A stretch of 64,000 nt of DNA from Thalia democratica (taxonomy: Eukaryota), in assembly GCA_965202585.1 (NCBI GenBank), contig OZ241827.1, positions 51,336,001 through 51,400,000 on the forward strand, given 5' to 3'. The position numbers and the translations under genes were made by a program. The notes beneath the pieces are model-generated. The model was not told where the DNA came from. It searched no databases and saw only the letters and a list, made by a program, of their open reading frames with translations. Of this stretch, positions 53,701 through 63,601 are shown one piece after another (position 1 is the stretch's first letter; each line of letters opens with the position of its first letter).

Positions 53701-56459
53701 TTATTTTTTATTAAATACCAGTGTAGTTTTTTATACAAAATCAAACCAGTTTCGCATTGCCTTCCAGTCCAGCCGACGGGACATGAGCATTTGTTTGGTA
53801 AAACACAAACTCCTCCGTTTTTACACGGTTCACTGCACACGGCTGTCAAAATTTTCAAACTAATTAATTTTTTTTTTTTACGTTTACCTCTGAAACATTA
53901 TACTATATTATTCATTAACAATATTCGAATTTGTTAAAAAAAATGCTTTAACTATTACAAATTTTTATTAACAATCCACTATAAGTAGAAAAAAAAATTA
54001 ATACTTGAACCTAATAGAAATAATCACACTTAATAAACTTACGGGTCTCACACATGTTTCCTTGCCAGCCATCTCTACATTGACATTTGTCAGGAGCAAC
54101 ACATTTTCCCATATTTCTACACCCTTTCGAGCAGTGAGCTGGTAAAAATTTTTTTTAGCGTTGACAGTTGTTTCAGTTAAGTTTATCTAAATTAAGACAC
54201 AGCATTTGACAAAGCTATATGTTTAGTAGGTTTTTACAAACCAAAAAATATTTAAAATCTTGTTTAAAAACTCAATTCTACTAAATACAGATATTAAGGG
54301 TTTTTAAGTTTGCATAGATAAAAAAACACAAATGTTTTATAGTGTTTACTTAACTTTTTTATTTTGGTTACAGCAACCAATAAATATTAAATACAATTAT
54401 ACATTGAACACTGCTTTATATTTGAAATAAGTTTAAAAATATTAAACTAACGAATTTCACAAGATATTCCAATGTATCCAGATTGTCTGCAGTCACACAC
54501 ATTAGGACTGACACACATTCCTCCGTTCAAACACTTGTTACGGCACACCGCTGTATTATTTATATTTAAAATTATAGTTTTCCCGCAAGATTTTCGACGA
54601 CAAGTTTATGGTAAATTTTTAATTAAAACTTAGCTTTTAAATTGAATAATAGTTTTTAACTATTAACTATTGCTAATTTCATCGATTTAGGTAGATTGTT
54701 TAACCTAATATAGTTTGTTTTTACAAAACTTTTGTTTTTAACCGTTTTAACACATTTTAGTGAGGTTAATTGATTCAATCTTTCTAAACTGCTTTAAACT
54801 ATGCTGAAGAAATCCTTAGAAAAACATCTTAAAACTCTTAAAGTTGTTTTTATAAATTTAAACTTACTATTAGAAAAAATTACTCTTAATAAACTGGTAA
54901 TAAAGCAAGTAAACTACCGATTGAACAGTTGTTTCCAGTCCAACCTCTGCAACAAGCTTGTACTTTGTAAGGCACTTTTACCATCTTTTTAACAAGAACT
55001 GGCCTCCTTACGACACTGTTAATGAATTAATAACTTAGTTGAGCTGCTTATGTACGAATAATAAAAGGAAAAATTAGATAATTTCAATGATGAGTAGACA
55101 GTTTGTATAACTACGAGATTTGCTTCAGCTGCCTACGTCATATTGCGTGTGCAACTGAAGAAAATCTCTCAGTCGTACAACTAGATTTGTTTAAAAAAAG
55201 TGTTAAAACTTTTCTATGCATGTTTTAGTAGTAAATTATTCAAAAAATTTTTGTTTATTAAATGAAGAAAAATTAAAAAAACAATACAATAATTTGTTTG
55301 GTTCATCTAAATTATTTTTGAACAAAAGTGCGTGTGTTAAACCGTTTAAATTTTTAGACTTTAGTTTAATCTTAGTAATATAAAAACTACTTACAAACTT
55401 AACAAAACGTTTATCAAATTATTTTTTGTAAATGTTTTGTTATTTTTATTTGTTTATTTTTTTGCTTTCTTACAACTTCTAATTTCAATATGATTTTAAT
55501 GTGTATTGAAAAATACAATACATTCGGTACTACACAAACTTTCGTGAGAAAATATGTTTTCTTAAAATAAACTGTTTTGAAAGTATTTGTAAAACTTAAA
55601 AAAAAAAACACTTTTCTAATCTTCCATAAGTTTTTGTTTGTATTTTTTCAACAAAAAGTGGATTTAAATGTCCTGTCTTTGTTTGCTAACCGCAAAGCTG
55701 TTTTTTGTGGATTATAAAAAATAAATAAAAATCTGATAACTTGTATTAAAAATATGTTTGTTTTTATAATAATTAATAAAATGTTGTTTTAGCTCTTATG
55801 CAGTTTGATTAAAAGTTTCAATACTTTTTTACAAAAACTTCTATTAAAATCTATAGTTTTTACGATCGATTTACAGATTTAATTAATATTAGACTTAAAA
55901 ATGTTTTGTTTAAACAAGTTTAAGAAATTATTTAAATTTTATAAAAATTTAGTTTTACTTTAATCAAACTTATTCAAGTTAAAATTAAATAAAAGGAAAT
56001 ACTAAACCACAACAACTTTCTCAAAAGAAAAGAATAATGTTTAAACGTTTAATACCATCATTAAGCTCCTATGTATACATAAAGTACTAATTTTACTGTT
56101 TCTTAAATCCATCTTAAAGACATGTATTCAAACTTTTTTAATTATTAAAATAAAACAAGCTTAATTACCGGCTGAAGGTGCAGTACACTTGCTGGTCCTG
56201 CCGGATCCTGTTGATGATGGTATCGTCCCTGGTCGCCTGATCGCACCTCTGGTACTTCAACACGATCTGCGTCTTCTGCACCTCTTCAACTTCCTTTTCG
56301 ACCATCTTGACTTGAGTTATCGGGCACCAGCTGTATAATTACCATTGGCTTTTATAATATAAAGTTCAATCTAAGTTTGGTATAAACTTACTGCTCTGAA
56401 GCGCTGGCCTCGATAGCGAGGAAAATTGCGAAAATCGCAACAAAACGGAACGTGCCCAT
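2199..56459 (-). CDS. Giant multi-exon secreted vWF/gel-forming-mucin-like protein (SP-EMI-5xEGF-3x[VWD-C8-TIL-E]-TIL/VWC-[4-Cys module + Thr-rich spacer] arrays with VWC/LDLa/TIL linkers-VWC-CTCK); about 171 exons, about 9,200 aa by hand splicing
   Basis: ATG at 56459 is followed by a signal peptide, and the stop TAA is at 2199-2201 after the cystine knot. Hand-derived N-terminal exons: 56392-56459, 56169-56330, 54918-55015, 54452-54550, 54043-54138, 53747-53842, 53579-53677, 53041-53327, 52557-52761, 52208-52338, 51880-52077, 51528-51672, 51187-51315, 50764-50984, 50244-50395, 49969-50158, 49587-49803, 48804-49117, 48366-48466, 47972-48092, 47482-47699, 46957-47188, 46655-46795, 46411-46543, 45940-46272, 45392-45626, 45103-45184, 44864-44930, 44463-44656, 43903-44116, 43461-43640, 42985-43137, 42768-42881. 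All are GT-AG with consistent phases. Exons B-E of most array units were inferred from representative units, so the totals are approximate. Confidence 0.9.
2877..5075 (-). CDS. C-terminal variant TIL plus three VWC modules (no fourth VWD)
   Basis: Exons 4976-5075, 4592-4743, 4139-4274, 3802-3950, 3428-3575, 2877-3068. Motifs CTYEGRTYN|[15 protein letters not shown]; [13 protein letters not shown]; [24 protein letters not shown]...QCCPTC. Confidence 0.85.
5373..15076 (-). repeat. Array 3: four diverged lead-in modules (13368-15076), one D/E module, 5 homogeneous units of about 1430 bp (867 coding nt, 289 aa) and one terminal module
   Basis: Exon-A starts at 12636, 11212, 9783, 8353 and 6924, with a terminal module at 5494; spacings 1424-1430; exon A is 332 nt in all five units. 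Confidence 0.92.
15259..19003 (-). CDS. Linker 2: Thr-rich segments, variant TIL-like modules and VWC modules
   Basis: Exons 18953-19003, 18697-18878, 18082-18284, 17735-17878, 17273-17466, 16903-17052, 16441-16617, 16048-16199, 15744-15835, 15259-15494, all phase-compatible. Example motifs [13 protein letters not shown]...CQCPNA and [25 protein letters not shown]. Confidence 0.82.
19085..36101 (-). repeat. Array 2: 12 tandem units of about 1410 bp (5 exons, 888 coding nt, 296 aa, 4 four-Cys modules per typical unit) plus one terminal module
   Basis: Exon-A starts at 36101, 34710, 33297, 31885, 30477, 29065, 27655, 26248, 24836, 23424, 22014, 20606 and 19185. Exon A is 335 nt in 11 units and 311 nt in the first. 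Representative unit: A 20272-20606, B 20043-20175, C 19856-19971, D 19521-19641, E 19263-19445. Confidence 0.93.
36228..39477 (-). CDS. Linker 1: VWC-type modules and two LDL-receptor class A modules
   Basis: LDLa [33 protein letters not shown] (exon 38186-38358) and [19 protein letters not shown]|[16 protein letters not shown] (37175-37250 plus 36705-36886). VWC-like motifs [55 protein letters not shown]. Confidence 0.85.
39665..42690 (-). repeat. Array 1: about 2.25 diverged units (9 four-Cys modules), mostly unique introns
   Basis: Exons 42584-42690, 42293-42505, 42062-42194, 41877-41989, 41387-41507, 41132-41314, 40967-41064, 40671-40895, 40468-40600, 40287-40399, 40098-40221, 39846-40028, 39665-39771; same module sequences as arrays 2 and 3. 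Confidence 0.88.
42985..44930 (-). CDS. Short Thr-rich stretch and two TIL-VWC pairs
   Basis: [17 protein letters not shown]...CECPPNK; [15 protein letters not shown]...QCCPTC; second [20 protein letters not shown]...; VWC-like [13 protein letters not shown]...GCCYC. Confidence 0.8.
45103..47699 (-). CDS. D' (TIL'-E') plus VWD3-C8-TIL-E assembly
   Basis: TIL' [14 protein letters not shown]...[10 protein letters not shown]; VWD3 [32 protein letters not shown]...[19 protein letters not shown]; MWDVGTRV; [10 protein letters not shown]; C8 [34 protein letters not shown]. Confidence 0.92.
47980..50820 (-). CDS. VWD2-C8-TIL-E assembly
   Basis: [29 protein letters not shown]; LRWDG; VSGLCGVYN; C8 [22 protein letters not shown]...WRNATGC; then TIL and E modules. 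Confidence 0.9.
50820..53160 (-). CDS. VWD1-C8-TIL-E assembly
   Basis: [25 protein letters not shown]; [10 protein letters not shown]; C8 [31 protein letters not shown]...WRSESLC; [21 protein letters not shown]...[10 protein letters not shown]. Confidence 0.9.
53220..54550 (-). CDS. Five EGF-like repeats; the first four are phase-1 symmetric exons of 96-99 nt and the fifth begins the exon that runs into VWD1
   Basis: [19 protein letters not shown]...C; [28 protein letters not shown]; [28 protein letters not shown]; [27 protein letters not shown]; [28 protein letters not shown]. Confidence 0.9.
54918..56330 (-). CDS. EMI-like domain (2 exons)
   Basis: Spliced sequence [15 protein letters not shown]...YQRC...VYCTFSR|[30 protein letters not shown]; the N-terminal Cys and terminal CCxGWxGxxC are typical of EMI domains that precede EGF repeats. 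Confidence 0.65.
56392..56459 (-). CDS. First coding exon: signal peptide [22 protein letters not shown]
   Basis: ATG, a basic residue, a hydrophobic core and an A-S-A cleavage-type motif; ends at a CA|GTAAGT donor that is phase-compatible with the next exon. Confidence 0.85.
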
Positions 56460-56555
56460 TTTCGTTCGTCTCCTTTCGATTGTTTCAGTTTACCAATCAA
56501 AGTTTTCGCACAAAATTTTGTTCTTAAACTTTTGTTTTGTTTCGCTCCAAATTGG

Positions 56556-56592
56556 AACTGTGTGACTGACACTGAACTCTGCTGTTTTTATA
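56556..56592 (-). promoter_or_regulatory. Putative core promoter (TATA box and Inr-like motifs) of the giant gene
   Basis: TATAAAAA at 56592-56585 on the minus strand, followed 25-33 nt later by TCAGTC/CAGTT initiator-like motifs, about 100 nt before the ATG. Confidence 0.5.
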
Positions 56593-57955
56593 CCCCTCTG
56601 CCATTGTCTTGCCACGTGTGTTTTGTGTTTTGCTACGATTTGTTTGTGTTTCTCGCCATGTGAAAGTTTTAAGCGAAATTAAGTAAAAATCAACAAATCT
56701 CTTAATAAAGCAAACAGCGAAAAGCGAAACATTTCGCGATTAAAAGCCTCCAGTTTTTGATGAATAACCTGAATTAAGGCTTCAGACAATGGCTGAAGAC
56801 GCGTAAACACTTGAAAATAATTGTCTAATATAATTTACTAGCAACATTTCGTTAAATTGTGAAACACATATTATTAAAAGCGACACTTAGTTGTTCCGAT
56901 TATTTTACTTAATTTAATATTTGTTTATAAAGCTTAATGGATTTTTGTTTTTATGATATTTTTACCTGTTTTCATAATTTATTTCGAAATTTTTTGAAAT
57001 TATTATTTCTAGTTTAAAAAAAGGTTTAAACCAATTTAATGTTTAGTATCATAGAGGTAGTTGTAAACATAAAATAAAAAAGTTTGCTGCCGTAAAGTTT
57101 TTTTTTTTATTATGATAAGAATTGTATAATACTTTTATAAATATAACAATTTGTGCTTTTTTATAAAAAAAATTATCACCATTCAATTTTATTTAATTGT
57201 AAACGATACCAAAAACAAATTAAAATAACCGCGCTAAATAGAAACTTGGTTGTCATACTTATTTTTATTTCTAAATAACTAAAACTTTTATTTCAAAACT
57301 TAAGTATTTGTTTTTTCGTTAGTTTGAAGATAGTTTTAATTATAACAATTTTCATCAGAATGTTTTTAAACTAATTAAGAACATATATTAGTTAAAACGA
57401 ATTAAAACGTTAATACTTGTTTTGCAAAGTAGATTCACCTAATAAACTTTCTAAACCTAAACTTAACCGTTGTATCTATAACATTATTTTATTTTATTTA
57501 TTGATAAATATAAAATGGAAGGATTAAAGCTGTGGGAACCGCTCAGTTCCAACCTGCGCACAATTCCCATCCGATAAAATCCGAGAACCGCTTACCGACC
57601 AAGGGTAAGGGTTATGGGTAACAGTGAAAGTAAAAAAATAAGTAAATAAAATCATAAATAAATAGATAATGAAAACTTAGGTAGGAATTGTGAGTAAACC
57701 AAAACTTTCTAGACGATTTTTAGTTTTAATATTTTTTTCTTTGTAACTATAAAGTTAAACAGTAATATTGCAAGAAATTGAATTTTACCGAGGTTTTTTG
57801 ATAATTAACTGTTTTGAAAACTAAAAACAATTATATTATTAATTTGATTTTAATTTGGTAAATTTTTTTTTTGTTTACACGTGATAAGCTAAAGGTGGTG
57901 GATCTGCTCACGATAAAAATGTTTAAGGATATAGTTTAGTTTATAGCTTTAAAGT

Positions 57956-57972
57956 ATATATATATATATATA
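57956..57972. repeat. Short (TA)n microsatellite
   Basis: A run of TA dinucleotides. Confidence 0.6.
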
Positions 57973-60900
57973 AGTTTTGTTTAATTTGCAATTTTATTGC
58001 ATACTTTTTTATTTATATAGATATCAATGAACATAAAATTGAAATATAATTTGTACTGAGGTTTGTTATCCTTCCTAGAAAGCAATTTTCAAATAAAGCG
58101 ACCATTGTGTTGTATTTGTATAAAACATTTATTTATTAATAATAATAAAAACTTTAATAACTATTATTTCTTTATTTAGACATCATATTTCAAATAACAC
58201 TAGTTTTAGTATTATATAAAAAAATTAAAAAGAAAAGTTTTATAAAAAGATGTCTGTTTACTAATTTATATTATTGTCGAAACCGGTTATAAGTAAAATG
58301 TGTTTTAATTTTTGACGTTTTGGATATTTTGTATTGAAATTGAACATACAAGTGTTTTTTACAACAATGTAGTTTAATCAAACATAAAAATCAAATAATT
58401 TGTTGGTAAGTATTAGAAAACTACATATTATACTTATAACATTTAACCACTTGTTTTCATGAATTTATTCTTAAGTATTTCAACTAAATTTGGGTTAACT
58501 TTATAATTTTTACAAGCAATGTAAATTAAAAACTAACTTGAATGTAAAAATAATGAGGTTTTTTATAAGTAATATGTTTATCTAGTAAAATTGATACATA
58601 TTTTAAATCTAAATTAAATGCATTGTGGGTAAATTTTTTATTAGCTAGAAATAATTGTTGTAACTATCTAGTCTATTACTAAGCATATATTTATTTACTA
58701 AAACATTCAAATTGTTAAAGTTTTTTTTTAGTTAGTTCAAACTTTAGCGCAAATTAAATGACTTCGTACAGCTAGTTTGACAAATTTAATATAAACTGAA
58801 GGTTTTAGTATTTAATGCATTGTACATAAACACGGTTTTCGGTCAAAGCTTTAGTCTTTTTGTCGCTACAATAAAAAAATAAGAACTTTGAGAAAAAGTT
58901 TATAAACTTATTTCACAGTGACGAAATTTATAAGTAGTTAAAAACTGGCGATATCAATAATGATTTTATGCCGTTAAAGAAAGTTACACGTTTCAGTAGG
59001 CTTCAACCATATGTTGTGTTTTTTGGTCTGATAATAACTTTAATTAAAATAACTAGCAAACTAAACATTTTTAGTTCATTTATCTCTTTTTTAGTTGACA
59101 ATAAATCTTTATAATACAGTATCTGATTACTATAACTACTACGTAAATTAGCGTTATTGATTTTCAGCTTTTAACATATTTTTATCTGATATGCATCCCT
59201 AGTTTAAAGTACTAATTTTTTAAATGTTATTTTTGGAAACTATAATTTATAACTTCCAAAATTATAATTAAAACTAGTTTAAAAAACTACCTTACTAGAT
59301 TTAAACTTTTAATACTTACTTTATAAGGTTTAATTATATCATATACTAAATACTTTTTTATTAATACTCATCATATATTTCAGTTAAAACCTTTATATTT
59401 TATATTTAATTTATTACAAATGTATTTGAGTTTTACTTAAGTTTCTTATATCGTTTAACTATATCAAAATTATATTTTCTATCTAAACTTTTTAAATTAA
59501 TATTTAATATATAGTTTGTTAAAAAATTACGATTTTTAAAAATTCCAGAACATATGTATCATAAAGCTAAATGCTTTAATCATCAGCTAGTTTAATTTAA
59601 AACAAAAAGCACTTTGGTAAACAGAGATGCAAAAGTTCTACAAAAAAATACAAAAAACAGTAAGATTTAAGAATTGAATATTGTACTTTACAAAAATTCG
59701 GTACAATAATTGATCTTCCATCTAACTGATCAAATAACCAAAATTCACTAAAACAACAGTTAAGTGACTATAAGATACTTTAAAATTTATTGTATTTTAA
59801 AAGGAGCTTTTTCATATGTCGACAAGACGATATGAAATCACTCCTTTTATTTAAACAACCTTCCTTTTTTAACGCATACACAACGGCTGTTGATTCTTTT
59901 AAGCACAGTCTACAAACAGGATTATTACCATCTGCTATTGTAATTCATTTTTGTAGGATTTTTGGATAGTCTAGTCTAGTCTTATGAAACATATGTACCA
60001 GTATTTTTGAAATCTTACTTTTTCAATAAATTTTATATATATATATGTATGTTACAATAAAAGTGTCTTATATTTTTTAAAGATTCATTTAATGACGTAA
60101 CAATCTTTAAAGTTTTTTTTTGCTTAATTTAATATACATTTTGATTTGTGTTTTAGGATACTATTATAATAAACAAACTGAAAAGCTATTCTGTCTAACA
60201 GAACAGTGAAAGAATGGTATTTGTAAAACTTAGTGTTGTATTAATTTATATTTTATGTTTATAAATTGCTCTTTTACGTAGTTGAGTTGGGTTAAAAAGT
60301 TATATCATCTTTTAAATACTTGCTTTTTTAGCTTTATGAACATATTTGCAAAAACTTTTCTAAAAATAAGGTTCTTATTTAGAATTAAAACTCTATTCGA
60401 CCTCCAAAAAGAGGTGTATCTCCGACTTCATTTTATTCAAAAGACTAGAATATTCATTTCAAGAATTTTTTTTTGAAAATCCTTGTAAATAAATACTACT
60501 ACGTAGTCTTACTGCATCTGCAATTTTAAGTCTAAATGAAATTTTATTATTACTGTACAGCTTTTAAATGTTAAATATGTTCACATCATAGTTGTAATTG
60601 TTTGAGTTTTTGCAAAGCTAGCAGTTGTAAATGCTATAGTTTCTTTCACTTGTATCTTCATGTGTCAAGTCTTAACAAGTTTTGTGTTAAAATTACAACT
60701 TGTAGAACCACTAGTCAAACAAATTAAGTTCAAATGATGCTAGCTTATCAGTTTTTCTGAACTCAGTAACTTTAGTTAGCTGTTATACTATCACATTTGT
60801 AATTCAAATGTAACAAAATGGAATTGAAACTAAAGTTATTAAGCACATGTTTTAAAAAAGATAATTTTGGTGTTTTAATTAAAAATTTGAATTAACTTTC

Positions 60901-61684
60901 CTGCATAAAGAATTTGTTTACAAAATAAATACAATTAAAACATGGATGGTCGAAGAAGATATTGATAATAAAACAAAAACCCTGAATATAACGATAGTAA
61001 TCTTTATTATGTAAACAGTTCCGTTTTTGACAAGACAAAAAACTGTATCCGATGTGTATGACTTAAAAACCGAAAGGTGTTTTTGTACACCGGTTCTAAT
61101 ACAAAACTTTTTGAGCGCTTTTTTGTCATTCAATAAACAACAAAACAGTATAGGTTCGGGCAACGTTTTAAGTCGGCTGGCCAAATGTGAAAAAAAAAGT
61201 TCTTGGTGAACTTGAGCAATTCATTTTCATTTAATTTACGAAAATTACTAAACTATACTACTCATTTCGACAAATTACTGTTTCTATGTGACCACATTTT
61301 ACAATATCTAGTGTAAGTTTCAACATTTGGTTTAGCAGGCCACATTTACATGCTCGTGGTTTTACTTTTAAAAAGCCGGTTTACTTTTAAACTTTGTAAA
61401 AATTGGTGGGCCGTGCGATGCAAACCCCTATGTTAGATTGCTCATAGCAAGTTTTGCTTCGTAAAAGTATCAATATCTCATTGTTAATATTGTTTTTTGA
61501 TTGATAACTGGTACGGTTTTTTATTAGTTTTTAACATGTTTGTTAATCAGATGAATCAGATGAAAGTTTTTTTTTAATTGTTAAATTTATATGACTTTTA
61601 AGTCTAGGATAATCACTTATAAATTGACTTCTAAATTTTGGAGACTTGTTTTTCAAAGCTTCCTATTGGCACTACACTGCCTAT

Positions 61685-63601
61685 TTAAGATCTTATACTC
61701 TCTTGCTTATCCATGATCCAACCTAGATTCGGCTGAATCCTAGTGAACACTTTTGGTCCTGCACCCCCTCCAACACGTTCCCAGTATCCACCGAAAGATG
61801 CGACTCCGAAAACTTTAAAGACCTTGTCGCTCGGGTCTTTGCAAACCAAAGTCGTTCCCGCTCCAACGCTGATCGAAGGTCTTGAAAAGTCTTGCTGGGC
61901 ACAGATCTGATGATCGAGAAGTTGTTGCATAGCTTTCGGTTTCAGCATTCGAGACATGCACCTTTTTCCATCTATAATTTTCACCGACCTTTTTTGAAGG
62001 GGACTCTCGTAGGAGTTGCTCTCAGCTTCGTAGTTCTCTTCCCACCCGAACACTTTGCAAAGTGACGGCTGGCCTCGCCTGAGAAGATCGACCGCCTTGA
62101 CGTACTCTCCATAAATCCCGTCCGTCCTGATGTCTTTGGGCAGAAGGATGAGCGCCACGTTGTGCTTGTCGTACTTGTCACCTCGATCGTACGAGTCGTG
62201 CTGGTACCATTTGGTCGACTTCTGCTCCTGCAAGGTCCGTTCGTCGTTGGCCGCTCGCACGCGGTTCACTCCGGCTTTGACGACGACGTACGTGAGGTTT
62301 TTCGGCGCCGATTGAGCTCTTTGAGGACCTCTCGTGCGCGGAAGCGGGTTTTCATCAACGCAGCTCGCCGCCGTCAAAACCCACCTCTTGCTTATAACCG
62401 CGCCCTGGCAAATCGCAATTAAATCCTTTCTGTTTCGGTACTTTCCCGAAATGGACACGTGGTGAGGCGCTTCTCCGCTCGAAGCGTCGCTTCCCTGCTG
62501 CTCGATCCTCATGTTCGGAGTCTTCCACCGCATCCTGTCTTCGATCCAGTTGACGAAAGACGACGGCTTCACCACCATGCACGGGTCCTTCTTCGTTCCA
62601 GCTCGCGTGAAGCTGATAGCTCCTAAAATAAAACTAAATAAATAAAATAAATGTTTAGTTGTTTGGGTTGACTATGTTATAAGATTATCATGCAAACAAC
62701 AATGTCAGAGTGCAGTTAAGTATTTCGATAATTGATTGGCAAGGTCAGATTTTTTCTCACCGAAACCGGTCACAAAATAATTAGTAAATTTTCACGTATG
62801 TTATCTAAAAGATATACAAATAAAAGAAAAAAAACCTCCAGAAACAATTCCGTGCACTATGTTGCCAAACTCGTGTTTAACCGACTGCCTGCAAGCCACC
62901 GGGCCCCCGGAGTCGCCTTCGAACGAGCTCTGGCACATTTTGTCCTTTTTGTTCAGCGTCGCGTACGAAAACTGCGTCCGGTAATTTTGAACCACGTTCA
63001 TTTTGTCGGCCACCTGCAGGACGTGCGGCGTCAAATCGACCAATCGCTTGCCGTCGTGCGCCTGCCCGAAAACCCCCCAACCCGACACCCGGCAGTTCCA
63101 GTTGGTCTCGGGGTCGGTGACCACGTGGCTCAAGACGGCCGGCCGGACCCAGTCCGAGTAGAAGACTTTCTCGTTGAGAAGCAACAGAGCGACGTCGTGC
63201 ACCATCGTCTCCGGCCTTCCGAACTTGTAGCCCTCGTGGCCTATGAAAGTGTCCGAGGTGGTCGTCTGCTGGTTCGTTGCGTCTTCGCCGTCCCTGATGT
63301 ACCGGCTTCCGACCATGACCTCGAACTCTTCGATTTTTACAAAGTACCGTCCCACGTTCTGCCCCCTGATGCAGTGAGCGGCCGTCAAAACCCACTTTGC
63401 GTTCAGCAGCGAGCCACCGCAAGTCGCCTGGTCGTCGCGTTTGTTACTCACTTTTTTGCTGTACAAAGCTGTCAACCGGGCCCTGGTCACCCTCAGCAAG
63501 ACTTGGTAGGGGATTTCCTTTTCCTCGGCGTCGCGGCCGTTCTTGACCTGGCAGCTGGCGAGGGTCAGAGCCAGCATGAAGATGAAAAAACACTTTTTCA
63601 T
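61685..63601 (-). CDS. Secreted tandem S1 (chymotrypsin-fold) protein: protease domain plus catalytically dead homolog domain; 2 exons (62836-63601, 61685-62622), 567 aa
   Basis: Signal peptide MKKCFFIFMLALTLASC. Domain 1 has CGGSLL, TAAHC, HDVALL and GDSGGP. The phase-1 intron 62623-62835 (GGA G|gttttt...ttttag|GA GCT) restores the domain-1 C-terminus (...KPSSFVNWI) in frame with ORF 61685-62578. Domain 2 has TAASC, HNVALI and VGAGTT at the triad motifs. Confidence 0.88.

Noticed and set aside
2199-56459. Naming the gene SCO-spondin, hemolectin, vWF or MUC2/MUC5
   Set aside because: No TSP1 repeats, FA58C, VWA domains or D4 were seen, so orthology cannot be claimed without phylogeny.
56600-61600. 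Short intergenic ORFs (60282-60476, 60918-61184, 61027-61209)
   Set aside because: AT-rich, Phe/Lys/Ile-biased translations without motifs or convincing exon structure.
61685-63601. Two independent serine protease genes
   Set aside because: ORF 62801-63601 lacks the S1 C-terminus and ORF 61685-62578 lacks a signal peptide and begins with that C-terminus; a canonical in-frame intron joins them.
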